NCBI GenBank assembly: GCA_963666215.2
Contig: CAXWPL010000004.1
Location: forward strand, 928,001 to 992,000
DNA: 64,000 nt
Direction: 5' to 3'
From: Acidobacteriota bacterium
GTDB taxonomy: Bacteria; Acidobacteriota; UBA890; WLXD01
Both the position numbers and the translations under genes were made by a program. This document shows positions 39,946 to 50,266 of this stretch, piece by piece (within the stretch, counting starts at the first letter, position 1; each line of letters starts with the position of its first letter). The notes under the pieces were generated by a model. The model ran no database searches. It was not told the origin of the DNA and was given only the letters and a program-made list of their open reading frames with translations.

Positions 39946-40668
39946 ATGTCTTTCGTGTGCAGGTACACGCGCCGAGCCGCTGCGGCTTTGACGCTGCTCA
40001 TGATCATCGGTTGCAACGGCGCCGGCGCCGGCGACGCTGCCACTGGTTCGGCAGCGCTCGAAACCGTCGAAGAGCGCGGCAGCTACGCCATCGGTATGAA
40101 CATGGCACGCGGGTTGCGTGAGCAGCAGGTAGCGATCGAAGCCGAGCAGTTGCTGCAGGGGATGCGGGATGCCCTCGCCGGCACACCCTCGATGAGCGAC
40201 GAGGAGTACGAAGCGGCGCTGATGGCGTTCGAGGAGCGCATGAGTGCCGGGGACCCTGAGGTCACCGATCGGAACCTGCGCGACGGCGAGGCTTTTCTCG
40301 AGGAGAACCGTCAGCGACCAGGTGTCATGGTTACCGACAGCGGTATGCAGTACGAGATCGTTCGCGAAGGCGACGGCCCGAGCCCCGATCTTGGCGATCG
40401 CGTGCGCGTGCACTACCGCGGTCTGCAGATCGACGGCACCGTGTTCAACGACTCCTACCCGAGCGGCGAGCCTGTGGTCTTCGAGCTGGGGCCGGTCATC
40501 CCGGGCTGGAACGAGGGGCTGCCCATGATGAAGACCGGCGGTAAATGGAAGTTCTACTTGCCGCCGGATCTCGGCTACGGGACCAACGATCCGCCAGGCT
40601 CTACCTTCGGTCCCAACGCCACGCTGATTTTCGAGGTCGAACTGCTCGGCATCGTCGGTAAGGAATAA
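39946..40668 (+). CDS. FKBP-type peptidyl-prolyl cis-trans isomerase (FkpA/FklB-like)
   Basis: SYAIG, TDSGMQYE, VHYRG, VIPGWNEGL, LGYG, LIFEVELL. Confidence 0.95.
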   Translation: MSFVCRYTRRAAAALTLLMIIGCNGAGAGDAATGSAALETVEERGSYAIGMNMARGLREQQVAIEAEQLLQGMRDALAGTPSMSDEEYEAALMAFEERMSAGDPEVTDRNLRDGEAFLEENRQRPGVMVTDSGMQYEIVREGDGPSPDLGDRVRVHYRGLQIDGTVFNDSYPSGEPVVFELGPVIPGWNEGLPMMKTGGKWKFYLPPDLGYGTNDPPGSTFGPNATLIFEVELLGIVGKE

Positions 40669-40686
40669 GGAATAAGGAATAAGGAA
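40659..40686. repeat. Heptamer tandem repeat (TAAGGAA)x4
   Basis: Overlaps the FKBP stop codon. Confidence 0.9.
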
Positions 40687-40933
40687 CAGCGATAAGCGAT
40701 ACGGATTCCGCGGTCAGCGACCAGGAATAGCGCGCTGCGGCCCCTCGCGGGCGCCGTGACGGCTCGAATCCATCGAGTTTCTCGAGAATCCATGGCTTGA
40801 GGCAATCGCGCAGCTTGTGAGTTGTTGCTGTAAGAAAGTGTAAAGAGCGCGGGTTTGTATTTGTGGGCGGGCGGCTCGATCGCTACGCTTTGCGTAGGCA
40901 TTTGGCCTTCTTCGCCCAGCCCCTTTTGCTTGA

Positions 40934-43366
40934 GTGCACCCTTTCGATGCGAACAGCCTTCGCGTCGCTCCCTCTGCGTCTCGCCCGCCCACTCTGCGTC
41001 TCGCCCGACCCTTGCTCCTGCTGTGCCTGGCGAGCTTGGTCGTGCTGGTCGGTTCGGCCGCTGCCGCAGAACAAGAGCAGACGCTCGCCGAGCAGGCCAA
41101 GCGGCAGCCCACGCAAGACCCCGGCAAGGCGGTCGTGCAACAGCAGCGTGAGCGCAGTGCTGGCGACCAGGAGGAGCTCGACCGAGATCAGGACTCGCTA
41201 GGTCCGATCGCCGCGCCGGCAGCCGGCGCCTTGACGCTGACGCCCGACGAGATCGCCGAGATCGCCGACGGCAAGAAGATGATCGCCACGCCGACCGGCC
41301 GCGCGCCCATCATCGACGGCATCATCGACGAAGACGTCTGGGCCCACAGCGACGTCGTCAGCGATCTGCTCCAGCGCGACCCCGACAACGGTCAGCCGAG
41401 CTCACAGCGCACCGAGATCCGCATCCTCTACGACGAGGAGTACATCTACGTCTCGTTCATCAACTTCGACACCGAGCCCGACAAGATTACCGCCACCGAC
41501 TTGCGGCGCGACTCGCGCCTGCAGGCCGACGACACGATTGCGGTGTTTTTCGACACGTTCCACGACCATCGCAACGGCTACGTTTTTCGTGTCAACCCGC
41601 TCGGCACCAAGTACGACGCAACGGTCAAGGACGAGACCGAGCTCAACTCGCAATGGGACGAGAAGTGGGAGGCCGCGGCCCAGATCACCGAGCGTGGCTG
41701 GGAAGCGGAGATGGCGATTCCCTGGAAGGCCGTGCGTTTCCCTGCTGGCGACCACATCTGGGGGATGGGCTTCAAGCGCGAGATCCGCAGGCGTAACGAA
41801 GAGGTCAACTGGAGCAGCTGGCGTCGCGGCTACGACTTCCGTGCGGTGTCGCAGATGGGGCATCTCGTCGGCCTCAAGAACCTCAAGCTCAACGGACGCT
41901 ATCGCCTCAAGCCCTACGTCTCGGGTGGCTACAACGACCTCAACGCCACCGAGGCTCCGATTTCGGAGGGCAATGGTGATATCGGCATCGAGGACTTCAA
42001 GGTCCAGATCACCCCGAACATCACCGCCGACTTCACGCTCAAGACCGACTTCGCGCAGGTCGAGGACGACGAGGAGCGGGTCAACCTGACCCGGTTCCCT
42101 CTGTTCTTCCCCGAGCGCCGCGAGTTCTTTCTCGAGTCCGCCAACGTGTTCCGTTTCGGATCGGCCAGCGAACACGGTGGGTTCGGATCACCCGACGCGC
42201 TGTTGTTCCACTCCCGCCGCATCGGTCTGGTCGACGGCGATCCGGTGCCGATGAATTACGGCATCAAGCTCACCGGCAAGATCGGTGGCTCGACGATCGG
42301 CGTCGTGAACGCCGGCACGGGCAATCTGATCAATGCTGGCAATGAGAGGGTCTCGGGCAGCAACTACTCGGCGGTACGCTGGCGCCAGGACATTCTCGGC
42401 CGCTCCTATGTGGGCGCGATGTTCACCAACGTCGAGGGCGAGGGCAGCAAGTACAACCGCGTTTTCGGGCTCGATGCCAGCTTCCGTTTCCTCGAGCACG
42501 CCAGCATCGGTGGATACGTGGCGCAGGCACGCGGCAACGACATCAACGGCGGCTCCTGGGTGGGTCAGTTCGGTGCTGGCTGGGATAGCGACCTGTGGAG
42601 CCTCAATGCCGGTTACTCTCGGGTCGACGAGGATTTCGAGACCGATCTCGGGTTCATTCGCAGGCGCGATGTGATCAAACAGAAGGTCTCGGGCAGCTGG
42701 ACACCGCGCCCGCACTTCGACTGGATGCGGCAGATCAGTTTCTTCGGCTCGGTGGACTACATCACCGACATCGGCGGGAGCTTGCAGACCCGAGAGCAGT
42801 CGGTGAACGCGCGCTTCAGCCTCGAGTCGGGCGACAGCTTCAGCGTTCGCGTGGAGAGAAAGTTCGAGCGTCTCGAAGAGGAGTTCGACGTCGAGGACGA
42901 GGCGATCGTGCCGGCCGGCGACTACAACTTCAACGAATGGAGCCTGTCGTTCAACACCTTCCAGGGACGCCGTTTCTCGGCCCGGACTCGTGTCGGCGGC
43001 GGCGGCTGGTTCAGCGGCTCGCGTAAGGCCTACTCGCTCAGCGGCACGGGGCGCTTCACCGAGAAGTTCAACCTGTCGCCGAGCTGGAACATCAACATCA
43101 TCACGCTTCCCGACGCCAGCTTCACCACCCATATCCTTCGGGTACGCGGCGGTTACAACTTTTCCGACCGCTGGCTGACGAGCGCGCTGGTTCAGTACAA
43201 CAGCCTGGACGACTCCATGGCGGTCTTCGCGCGACTCAACTACATCTACCGCACCGGCGACGACTTCTTCCTGGTCCTCAAGCAAACGTCGTTGTTCGAG
43301 GGCGTCTACAGCGGTCAACAAAACCGCGCGATCATCGCCAAGATGACCCGCTCGTTCGACTTCTAG
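40934..43366 (+). CDS. CBM9-like / DUF5916 outer-membrane protein
   Basis: PIIDG, DTFHDHRNG, WEAEMAIPW, TDFAQVE..VNLTRFPLFFPERREFFLE, C-terminal Phe; true start uncertain. Confidence 0.85.
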   Translation: MHPFDANSLRVAPSASRPPTLRLARPLLLLCLASLVVLVGSAAAAEQEQTLAEQAKRQPTQDPGKAVVQQQRERSAGDQEELDRDQDSLGPIAAPAAGALTLTPDEIAEIADGKKMIATPTGRAPIIDGIIDEDVWAHSDVVSDLLQRDPDNGQPSSQRTEIRILYDEEYIYVSFINFDTEPDKITATDLRRDSRLQADDTIAVFFDTFHDHRNGYVFRVNPLGTKYDATVKDETELNSQWDEKWEAAAQITERGWEAEMAIPWKAVRFPAGDHIWGMGFKREIRRRNEEVNWSSWRRGYDFRAVSQMGHLVGLKNLKLNGRYRLKPYVSGGYNDLNATEAPISEGNGDIGIEDFKVQITPNITADFTLKTDFAQVEDDEERVNLTRFPLFFPERREFFLESANVFRFGSASEHGGFGSPDALLFHSRRIGLVDGDPVPMNYGIKLTGKIGGSTIGVVNAGTGNLINAGNERVSGSNYSAVRWRQDILGRSYVGAMFTNVEGEGSKYNRVFGLDASFRFLEHASIGGYVAQARGNDINGGSWVGQFGAGWDSDLWSLNAGYSRVDEDFETDLGFIRRRDVIKQKVSGSWTPRPHFDWMRQISFFGSVDYITDIGGSLQTREQSVNARFSLESGDSFSVRVERKFERLEEEFDVEDEAIVPAGDYNFNEWSLSFNTFQGRRFSARTRVGGGGWFSGSRKAYSLSGTGRFTEKFNLSPSWNINIITLPDASFTTHILRVRGGYNFSDRWLTSALVQYNSLDDSMAVFARLNYIYRTGDDFFLVLKQTSLFEGVYSGQQNRAIIAKMTRSFDF

Positions 43367-43432
43367 GCCACCGGCGAGCTCTGGCCAGCCGGGGAGAGCC
43401 AAGAATCGAGCACGGGGCGCGACCTGGCCGCA

Positions 43433-44050
43433 CTAGGGCTTGGCCCGCCGGCGGTCGAGCTCCCGCAGGATGGCGGCGAGGCTGACGTCCGACGCCCGCG
43501 CGACGACAAGTAGGTGGTAGAGGAGGTCGGCGGCTTCCGAGGTCACCCGGGCAGGATCATCGTCGGCTCCGGCTACGGCGAGCTCCGCAGCTTCCTCACC
43601 CAGCTTCTTGAGTCGCAGATTGCGGTCGTGCAGCAGGCGCGCCGTGTAGCCGTCGGACGGCGTGTCGGTGCTGGCGTCAGCACGGGCGTCGATCGTGGCG
43701 GCGAGAGCGGCGAGGGTGGGGCGCGCACTGAAGCAGTTGCCCTCGTTCGTGTGGCAGGCCGGCCCGGCGGGATCGACACGCGCCAGAAGAGTGTCGCGGT
43801 CGCAGTCGGCCTCGAGCTCGATCAATCGCAGCACGTTGCCGCTGGTTGCCCCCTTGCGCCAGAGCTCGTCGCGAGATCGCGAGTGGAAGTGCATTTCGCC
43901 GGTTGTCAGGGTTTGCCGCACAGCCTCGGCGTCGGCCCAGGCGACCATCAGCACCTCGCCGGTGGCGTAGTGCTGCGCGATCACGGGCACCAAGCCACTG
44001 CCCTTGCGGAAGTCGACTTCATCGATGTCGCTCAACGCCGCGACCTTCAT
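43433..44050 (-). CDS. hisIE: Bifunctional phosphoribosyl-AMP cyclohydrolase / phosphoribosyl-ATP pyrophosphatase
   Basis: [44 protein letters not shown]. Confidence 0.96.
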   Translation of the reverse strand: MKVAALSDIDEVDFRKGSGLVPVIAQHYATGEVLMVAWADAEAVRQTLTTGEMHFHSRSRDELWRKGATSGNVLRLIELEADCDRDTLLARVDPAGPACHTNEGNCFSARPTLAALAATIDARADASTDTPSDGYTARLLHDRNLRLKKLGEEAAELAVAGADDDPARVTSEAADLLYHLLVVARASDVSLAAILRELDRRRAKP

Positions 44051-44820
44051 GACGCTCTCTCCTGGCGAGCCGGCACGCCGGCGGCTTGGAGCGCGGCTTT
44101 CACTTCGCCGACGCTCATGATGGCTTCGTGGAAGGTGCCGGCCGCGAGCGCCGCTTCCGCGCGCGTCTCCTGGAACACCTCCACGAAGTGGTCGGGTGTA
44201 CCGGCGCCGCCGCTGGCAATCACGGGCACGTCAACCGCGTCGCACACGGCCGCGGTCAGTTCGATGTCATATCCGTTGCGGACGCCATCTTGATCGATCG
44301 CGGTCAGCAGGATCTCTCCCGCGCCGAGCGAAGCGCATTGCCGGGCCCACTCGATGGTGTCGAGGCCGGTTGCCTGCGAGCCGCCGTGGGTGAAGACTTC
44401 GGTGCCGGTCGAGGCACGGCGAGCATCGATACTGGCTACGACGCACTGTGCACCGAAGCGCTTGGCCGCTTCAGTGAGCAGCGACGGTTGCGTTACTGCG
44501 GCGGAGTTGATCGCCACCTTGTCGGCACCGGAGCGCAGCAGCCTGGCGATGTCTTCGACCGTGCGCACTCCTCCGCCCACGGTCAGGGGCACGAGCAGGC
44601 GTTCGGCCGCGCTCCGAACCACGTCGAGCACGGTGCCGCGCGCCTCGTTCGAGGCGGAGATGTCGAGGAAAGCGATTTCGTCGGCGCCCTGTTGCTGGTA
44701 GCGATCGGCGAGCTCCACGGGATCGCCCATGTCGCGCAAGTCGAGGAAGCGCGTCCCCTTGACCACCCGGCCGCCGTCGACGTCGAGGCAGACGATGATG
44801 CGTTTGCGCAGCATGGTCAC
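44047..44820 (-). CDS. hisF: Imidazole glycerol phosphate synthase cyclase subunit
   Basis: [46 protein letters not shown]. Confidence 0.97.
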   Translation of the reverse strand: MTMLRKRIIVCLDVDGGRVVKGTRFLDLRDMGDPVELADRYQQQGADEIAFLDISASNEARGTVLDVVRSAAERLLVPLTVGGGVRTVEDIARLLRSGADKVAINSAAVTQPSLLTEAAKRFGAQCVVASIDARRASTGTEVFTHGGSQATGLDTIEWARQCASLGAGEILLTAIDQDGVRNGYDIELTAAVCDAVDVPVIASGGAGTPDHFVEVFQETRAEAALAAGTFHEAIMSVGEVKAALQAAGVPARQERAS

Positions 44821-45374
44821 TCGTCCGCGAGCGTTCGTCGCTCGATTGCCACGGCGCCCTTGGTGCTGAAGACAACATCACCTTCGGCCGCGGCACGGCG
44901 CAGCGCCAGGCCGATGGCCTTGATGGCCGCTTCCACAATGTGATGCCGGTCGATACCACGCAGAACGCACACGTGCAGCGTCCAGCGCGCATTCTCGGCC
45001 AGCGAGCGGGCGAAGTGATCCCAGCGCGGGTCGGGCAGCGGACCCTCGTAGTAGTGGCGGCCGCCAACGTCGAGCACCACCTGCACGAGGGCGTCGTCCA
45101 TCGGCATCGTGGCCTCGGCGTACCGCACGCAAGTGCCGGGTATGGCTTCGAGACAGGCGAGACCGATGGTGATGGCGACGTCCTCGACGAGGTGGTGGTC
45201 GAGGTCGCCACTGGCGTCGATCTGCAGGTTGGCACCGGCGTAGCGCGCCAGGGTCTCGAGCATGTGTTTGAGGAACGGCTCCGTAGTGGTGATCTCCGCG
45301 CGGGGCTCGCGAGCGTTCAAACCGAGCCGTACCCTGACGTCGGTCTCGCTGGTACGACGGTGGATCTCGATCAT
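44817..45374 (-). CDS. hisB: Imidazoleglycerol-phosphate dehydratase (monofunctional)
   Basis: [35 protein letters not shown]. Confidence 0.95.
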   Translation of the reverse strand: MIEIHRRTSETDVRVRLGLNAREPRAEITTTEPFLKHMLETLARYAGANLQIDASGDLDHHLVEDVAITIGLACLEAIPGTCVRYAEATMPMDDALVQVVLDVGGRHYYEGPLPDPRWDHFARSLAENARWTLHVCVLRGIDRHHIVEAAIKAIGLALRRAAAEGDVVFSTKGAVAIERRTLADE

Positions 45375-46087
45375 TTCCAGTACTCCCGTTGCAACTCGGT
45401 TGTCGTGATGGCGCCGGTGTAGAGCGCGGTGCCGATGACCGCCTCGGCGACGCCCGCCTGTTCGAGTGCCTTCAAGTCCTCGAGCCGTCGAATGCCTCCC
45501 GCCGCGATCAGCGGATGCGCGGTCGAGGAGGCGAGTTGTCCGAACATGTCGGTGTCGGCGCCGCGCAGCAGCCCCTCGCGATTGACGTCGGTAACCAGAA
45601 CCGCCGCCAGCGGCAGCTCGTCGACGATCTCGAGCAGCTCTTCGACGGTGAGCTCGGCGCTGCGACTCCAGCCCTCGGCGACAACCGTGCCGCCGCGAGT
45701 GTCGGCCGCCAGAACAACACGATCGGGGAAGCGGTGGGCCTGCTCAGCGAGCCACGCCGGGTCGCGTACCGCGCGCGTGCCAACGATCACGCGGGCGGCG
45801 CCGGCGGCGAGCCATTCGGCCACAGCGGCCCCGGCCCGGAACCCGCCGCCCACCTGTACCGGCACCCGTGCGGCGCCTAGCACGGCTCGAATCCCGTCGG
45901 TGTTGGAACCGCGATCGAGAGCCGCGTCGAGGTCGACGACATGCAGCCAGGGAGCACCAGCGGCTTGCCAGTCGTCGGCGACGCGCGCTGGATCAGGACG
46001 TCGAATGTGCTCGCGACTCGGATCGCCCTGCGCGAGCTGCACCACGTCGCCGCGCATCAGATCAATCGCCGCGTGCACGATCATCAT
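45371..46087 (-). CDS. hisA: ProFAR isomerase
   Basis: AIDLMRGDVVQL, LHVVDLD, QVGGG, TDVNREG, AAGGI. Confidence 0.95.
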   Translation of the reverse strand: MMIVHAAIDLMRGDVVQLAQGDPSREHIRRPDPARVADDWQAAGAPWLHVVDLDAALDRGSNTDGIRAVLGAARVPVQVGGGFRAGAAVAEWLAAGAARVIVGTRAVRDPAWLAEQAHRFPDRVVLAADTRGGTVVAEGWSRSAELTVEELLEIVDELPLAAVLVTDVNREGLLRGADTDMFGQLASSTAHPLIAAGGIRRLEDLKALEQAGVAEAVIGTALYTGAITTTELQREYWK

Positions 46088-46773
46088 CGCGCTCGCCGCG
46101 CGGCGCGCAGGAAGTTGTGGATGATCCGCAAGCCGGGCTCGCCGCTCTTCTCGGGGTGAAACTGCGTGCCCCAGGTGTTTGCGGCGCGGATGGCGGACGG
46201 AAAGCTGTCGGTTTCGTAGGTGGTGCGGCCAATGACTACCGCCGTTTGGGCCGCCTCGACGGGCTCGGGAGCAACGTAGCGGTGGGCGAAGTAGACAACA
46301 AGACCGCCACCACCGGGCACGTGCTCGTCGACGCCATCGGTCGAGCCATTCTCTGACGCGGTTTCAGACCGCCGCTCGAGGGGCTGTGAATCGAAGAGCG
46401 GATCGATCGCTGTCTCGACGTCGTTCCACCCCATCTGGGGCGTGCGCTGGGCTCGCAGTCGCCGAACTTTGCCACGCAACAGCCCGATGCCGTCGCCCTC
46501 CGATTCCTCGCTCGATTCGAACAGGAGCTGCATCCCCAGACAGATGCCCAGGCACGGGTGACCGGACGCCAGCGCTTGCCGCGCGATCGTGGCGTCTCCG
46601 CCGAAACGCGCCGACGCCGCCCCGAAGGCGCCGACCCCCGGGAGCACGAGGGCATCGAGCCGCAGTGCGTCGCCCAGCGACGTGGTCGTCTCGACCTCGG
46701 CGCCGCCGCGGACCAGAGCCCTGGCGAGCGAGTGCAGGTTGCCAACGCCGAAATCCATGAGCGCGACTCTCAT
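46084..46773 (-). CDS. hisH: Imidazole glycerol phosphate synthase glutaminase subunit
   Basis: GNLHS, LPGVGAF, GICLGMQ, MGWN, QFHPEKS. Confidence 0.96.
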   Translation of the reverse strand: MRVALMDFGVGNLHSLARALVRGGAEVETTTSLGDALRLDALVLPGVGAFGAASARFGGDATIARQALASGHPCLGICLGMQLLFESSEESEGDGIGLLRGKVRRLRAQRTPQMGWNDVETAIDPLFDSQPLERRSETASENGSTDGVDEHVPGGGGLVVYFAHRYVAPEPVEAAQTAVVIGRTTYETDSFPSAIRAANTWGTQFHPEKSGEPGLRIIHNFLRAARRAR

Positions 46774-49226
46774 GAGCTCGGCTCCACGGCCGCGGGGATC
46801 TCTGCCAGCACCGCGTCGAGCTCTTCCAGGAAACGAGCGATCTCGCTACGCCGGCCCACCGTGACGCGGACGCAATCGCCAACCTCCCCGAGCCCGGGGA
46901 AGGCGCGTACGCCCACGCCGCGATCGCGCAGTCCGGCCTCCAGATCGTCGGCACCAACCCCGTCCGGTGCCGCTATCAGCAGGAAGTTGGCGGCGGAAGG
47001 CCAGGCGCGTAGCCGGCGTTTGTCGAGCGCGGCCGCCAACAGCACGCGATTGCGCGTGGTGCGCGCCACCACGTCGTTGCGCCACTCGCGATTGCCGAGG
47101 GCGGCGACCGCCGCGGATTCAGCGACGGCGTTGAGCTTGTACGGACCACGGGCCTTCTCGATGGTCTCGATCAGACCCGTGGAGCCGACCGCGTAGCCGG
47201 CGCGAAGGCCCGCGAGCCCCGCCACTTTGGAGAACGTGCGCAGTACCACGACATTCGACGTGGTCGTTGCCCACGCTGCCAGCGACTCGTGCCCGCTGAA
47301 CTCGATATAGGCCTCGTCGACAATCAGCAAGCCGGCGCAGCGACCCGCCAACGATCGTGCGTCGGCACCGGGAACCAGCACACCACTCGGATTCTCCGGG
47401 CGGCATAGATAGGTGACGGCAGCGCGCGCTGCGGCCAGTCCGTCGACGTCGGGAGTCAATGAGATGCCGCTCGACACCGCGCAGGTGCGCGCGCCGTTAA
47501 CTATCGCGAAGTCGGGCACAACCGAGAAGGTCGGCCAGGCGTGCGCGACCACCGCGCCGGGTTCGGTAAAAGCGCGCAATGTGGTGTCGAGGAGGTCGTC
47601 GGATCCGCAGCCGGTGGCAATGTTCGCCGGTTCGACGCCAAGCTCTTCCGCCAGCGCGACCTTCAGCTGCCCCCCGTAGGTGCTCGGGTAGGAGCGCAGC
47701 GTCTCGCGCGGCGTATTCCTCACGGCCTCGAGGGCACCGGGCGCGACCCCGAAGCGGCTGGTGTTGTCGCTGAGCTCGATCTCGGCGTTGCGATCTCCGG
47801 GCGCGTAGCAGCGTATGCTTCGTAGAGCGTTTCGCTCCGACGGCGGGGTCGGCTGAGGCGGCGTCGGCGCGGCCGTTTCGTTTGCTGCCGCGGTCATCGG
47901 AGGCTGGTGGCGGCGGGCCGCCGCGGCGTGCGCAGGCAGGCCTTCCATCTCAGCCAGAGTCTCCGCCGTTGCGGCGAGTTGCGGAGCGGCGGAGGCGTCG
48001 ATTGATTGCCAGCTCACCCAGCGTACGAAGTCGTCTGTCGACAGACCCGAGCGGACGCGGGCGTGGCCGTTCGTGGGCAGCACGTGGTTGGAGCCCGAGG
48101 CGTAGTCGCCGAAGGTTACGGAGGAATGCCCTCCAATGAACACCGCCCCCGCCCGGCACACCCGCGCCGCCAGAGCGCTTGCGTCCTCGGTTAGCAACAG
48201 CAGGTGCTCGGGCGCGTACTCCTCGGACAGTTGCAGCGCCTCTTCGAGGCTGGTGCAGACGATCGCGGCCCCGCGTGCCGCGAGGGCCGTTCGTACGGTC
48301 GACGCGGTCGCCAGCCCGGCGAGTTGGCGTTCGAGACGCGGTTCGAGCTCGGCGACCAGGTTGTCGTCGGTGGTCAGCAGACAGACCGCCGCCCGGCAAT
48401 CGTGCTCGGCCTGTGCGATCAGCTCGGCGACGACGGCGTCGGGATCGGCTGAGCCATCGGCAATGACCAGGAGCTCGGAAGGGCCCGCCGGCGAGTCGAT
48501 GGCCACGCGTTGTGCGAGCTGCGACTTGGCCTCCTCCACGTAGGCGTTTCCGGGGCCGACGATCTTGTCGACCCGAGGTACCGACTCGGTGCCGAACGCC
48601 ATGGCGGCGATCGCGCCCGCGCCGCCGATGGCGAACAACCGGTCGACTCTGGCCAGGCTGCAGGCTGCCCGTACCGCCGTGGCCGGAAGACCGTCCGGTT
48701 GCGGGGGTGAGCAGACGATCACCTCGCTCACGCCGGCCACCCGTGCGGGGATGGCGCACATGAGCACGCTGCTCGGGTACACGGCGCGTCCGCCCGGCGC
48801 GTAGGCGCCGACGCGTTGGAGCGGCACAGGTCGACGGCCAACCACGACGCCGGGCGCTGGCCGCGACTCGCGGGCATCGGGACGAAGATCCTCATGCACC
48901 CGGCGAATCGCGTTGGCCGCCGCACGCAGAGCCTGGGCTTGCCCGGGGGCCATCGACTCGAGGGCCGCGTCACACTCGCGGAGTGGAACTTCGAGACTCT
49001 CCAGACTCTCCAGGACGTTCAGTGGCACTCTATCGAGATCATGGGCGAGCTCGCGCAGCGCTTGGTCGCCCGTGGCACGTACGCGCTCGACGATGCCTTC
49101 TACGCGTTGGGCAACGTCTGGCTGATCTTCTCGACCGCGCGCGATGATCCGCCGCAGCGCCGTGGAGCTCAGGTTCCCAAGCCGACCGGCAACCGAGAAC
49201 ACCCCGGCGGCAAGCGTCGGGCTCAC
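46770..49226 (-). CDS. hisD: Fused histidinol dehydrogenase / histidinol-phosphate aminotransferase (HisD-HisC)
   Basis: YAPGG, GPGNAYV, PAGPSE, AQAEHD, YAPEHL, GSNHVLPT, EGLPAH, then LSDN, GSDD, PENPSG, DEAY, RTFSKVAGLAGLRAGY in one frame. Confidence 0.9.
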   Translation of the reverse strand: MSPTLAAGVFSVAGRLGNLSSTALRRIIARGREDQPDVAQRVEGIVERVRATGDQALRELAHDLDRVPLNVLESLESLEVPLRECDAALESMAPGQAQALRAAANAIRRVHEDLRPDARESRPAPGVVVGRRPVPLQRVGAYAPGGRAVYPSSVLMCAIPARVAGVSEVIVCSPPQPDGLPATAVRAACSLARVDRLFAIGGAGAIAAMAFGTESVPRVDKIVGPGNAYVEEAKSQLAQRVAIDSPAGPSELLVIADGSADPDAVVAELIAQAEHDCRAAVCLLTTDDNLVAELEPRLERQLAGLATASTVRTALAARGAAIVCTSLEEALQLSEEYAPEHLLLLTEDASALAARVCRAGAVFIGGHSSVTFGDYASGSNHVLPTNGHARVRSGLSTDDFVRWVSWQSIDASAAPQLAATAETLAEMEGLPAHAAAARRHQPPMTAAANETAAPTPPQPTPPSERNALRSIRCYAPGDRNAEIELSDNTSRFGVAPGALEAVRNTPRETLRSYPSTYGGQLKVALAEELGVEPANIATGCGSDDLLDTTLRAFTEPGAVVAHAWPTFSVVPDFAIVNGARTCAVSSGISLTPDVDGLAAARAAVTYLCRPENPSGVLVPGADARSLAGRCAGLLIVDEAYIEFSGHESLAAWATTTSNVVVLRTFSKVAGLAGLRAGYAVGSTGLIETIEKARGPYKLNAVAESAAVAALGNREWRNDVVARTTRNRVLLAAALDKRRLRAWPSAANFLLIAAPDGVGADDLEAGLRDRGVGVRAFPGLGEVGDCVRVTVGRRSEIARFLEELDAVLAEIPAAVEPSS

Positions 49227-50086
49227 GGGGACAGCCTCTCGATCTTGGTCACCAGGATGCCGGTGGCGCCGATGCGGCGCAGATCGTTGATCAAGCGGTA
49301 GGTCTCGGCCTGCTCGACTACGGCGTGCGCCGCCACCACTTCCCCTCCATCGAGCACGTCGATGATCGTGGGCCCCGAGATTCCGGGCAAGAGTTGCCTC
49401 ACTTCTTCGAGCCGCTGTCGCGGCACGTTGGCCATGAGATAGCGCTTGTCGCGAGCTCGAATCACCGACTCGAGCGCATCGGAGAGCGCGGAGACCTCGG
49501 CGGCGGCCGCCGGATCGTCCCTCAGGCCCGGCCGGGCGATGAGCGACGCCTCCGATTCGAGTACGGTCTCGACCTCGCGTAGGCCGTTGATCTTGAGCGT
49601 CGACCCGGTCGCCACCAGATCGACAATGACGTCGGCGACGCCGATATGAGGAGCGATCTCGGCTGCGCCCGACACGGGAACGACGGTGATCCTCTTGTTC
49701 GCCGCCTCGAAGAACCGCCGCGCCAGCCCCGGAAATGAGGTGGCCACCGGGGCGCCGTCGGGAATGTCGGCGATCGTCCTGATGGTGTCCTCGTCGCGGG
49801 TCGCCACGACGAGACGGCAGCGGCCGAACCCGAGGTCGAGAACAGGATCGAGGTCGCGGTCCGACTCGGCGATGAGATCGCCTCCGGTGATGCCGAGGTC
49901 GGTGGCACCGTCGGCGACGAATTCGGGGATGTCGCTGGTGCTGACGAAGATTGCGAGGAGGTGTTCGCCAAGACGGGCCTGCAGCACGCGGCCGCTCAGA
50001 CCGGAGAAACGCAGGCCGGTGCGTCGTAACAGATCTCGGGCGGGCTCAGCGAGCCGACCCTTGTTGGGTAGGGCGATGCGGATCAT
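49223..50086 (-). CDS. hisG: ATP phosphoribosyltransferase (long form)
   Basis: MIRIALPNKGRL, DLGITGGD, LGFGRCRL, SGAAEIAP, DLVATGSTL plus C-terminal regulatory domain. Confidence 0.96.
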   Translation of the reverse strand: MIRIALPNKGRLAEPARDLLRRTGLRFSGLSGRVLQARLGEHLLAIFVSTSDIPEFVADGATDLGITGGDLIAESDRDLDPVLDLGFGRCRLVVATRDEDTIRTIADIPDGAPVATSFPGLARRFFEAANKRITVVPVSGAAEIAPHIGVADVIVDLVATGSTLKINGLREVETVLESEASLIARPGLRDDPAAAAEVSALSDALESVIRARDKRYLMANVPRQRLEEVRQLLPGISGPTIIDVLDGGEVVAAHAVVEQAETYRLINDLRRIGATGILVTKIERLSP

Positions 50087-50114
50087 CACGAGCACCAAAG
50101 TGGTTGTCGGGCAC

Positions 50115-50153
50115 AAAAAAAGCCGCGATCCGTTGGGTTCCACGGACCGCGGC
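50115..50153 (-). terminator. Attenuator terminator upstream of hisG
   Basis: GCCGCGGTCCGT-loop-ACGGATCGCGGC followed by T7 on the minus strand. Confidence 0.9.
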
Positions 50154-50173
50154 GAGAGATTCCCTTTGGAGTG

Positions 50174-50260
50174 CTAGGTAGGCACACTCCATCGCCACGG
50201 CCCGTTGGGGCCGTGATGGCGATGGTGATGATGACGCTGTATGCGAACCCGAGTAGTCAT
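50174..50260 (-). CDS. hisL: his operon leader peptide (28 aa)
   Basis: MTTRVRIQRHHHHRHHGPNGPWRWSVPT*, six His codons within seven, directly upstream of the terminator and hisG. Confidence 0.88.
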   Translation of the reverse strand: MTTRVRIQRHHHHRHHGPNGPWRWSVPT

Positions 50261-50266
50261 GCAGCG

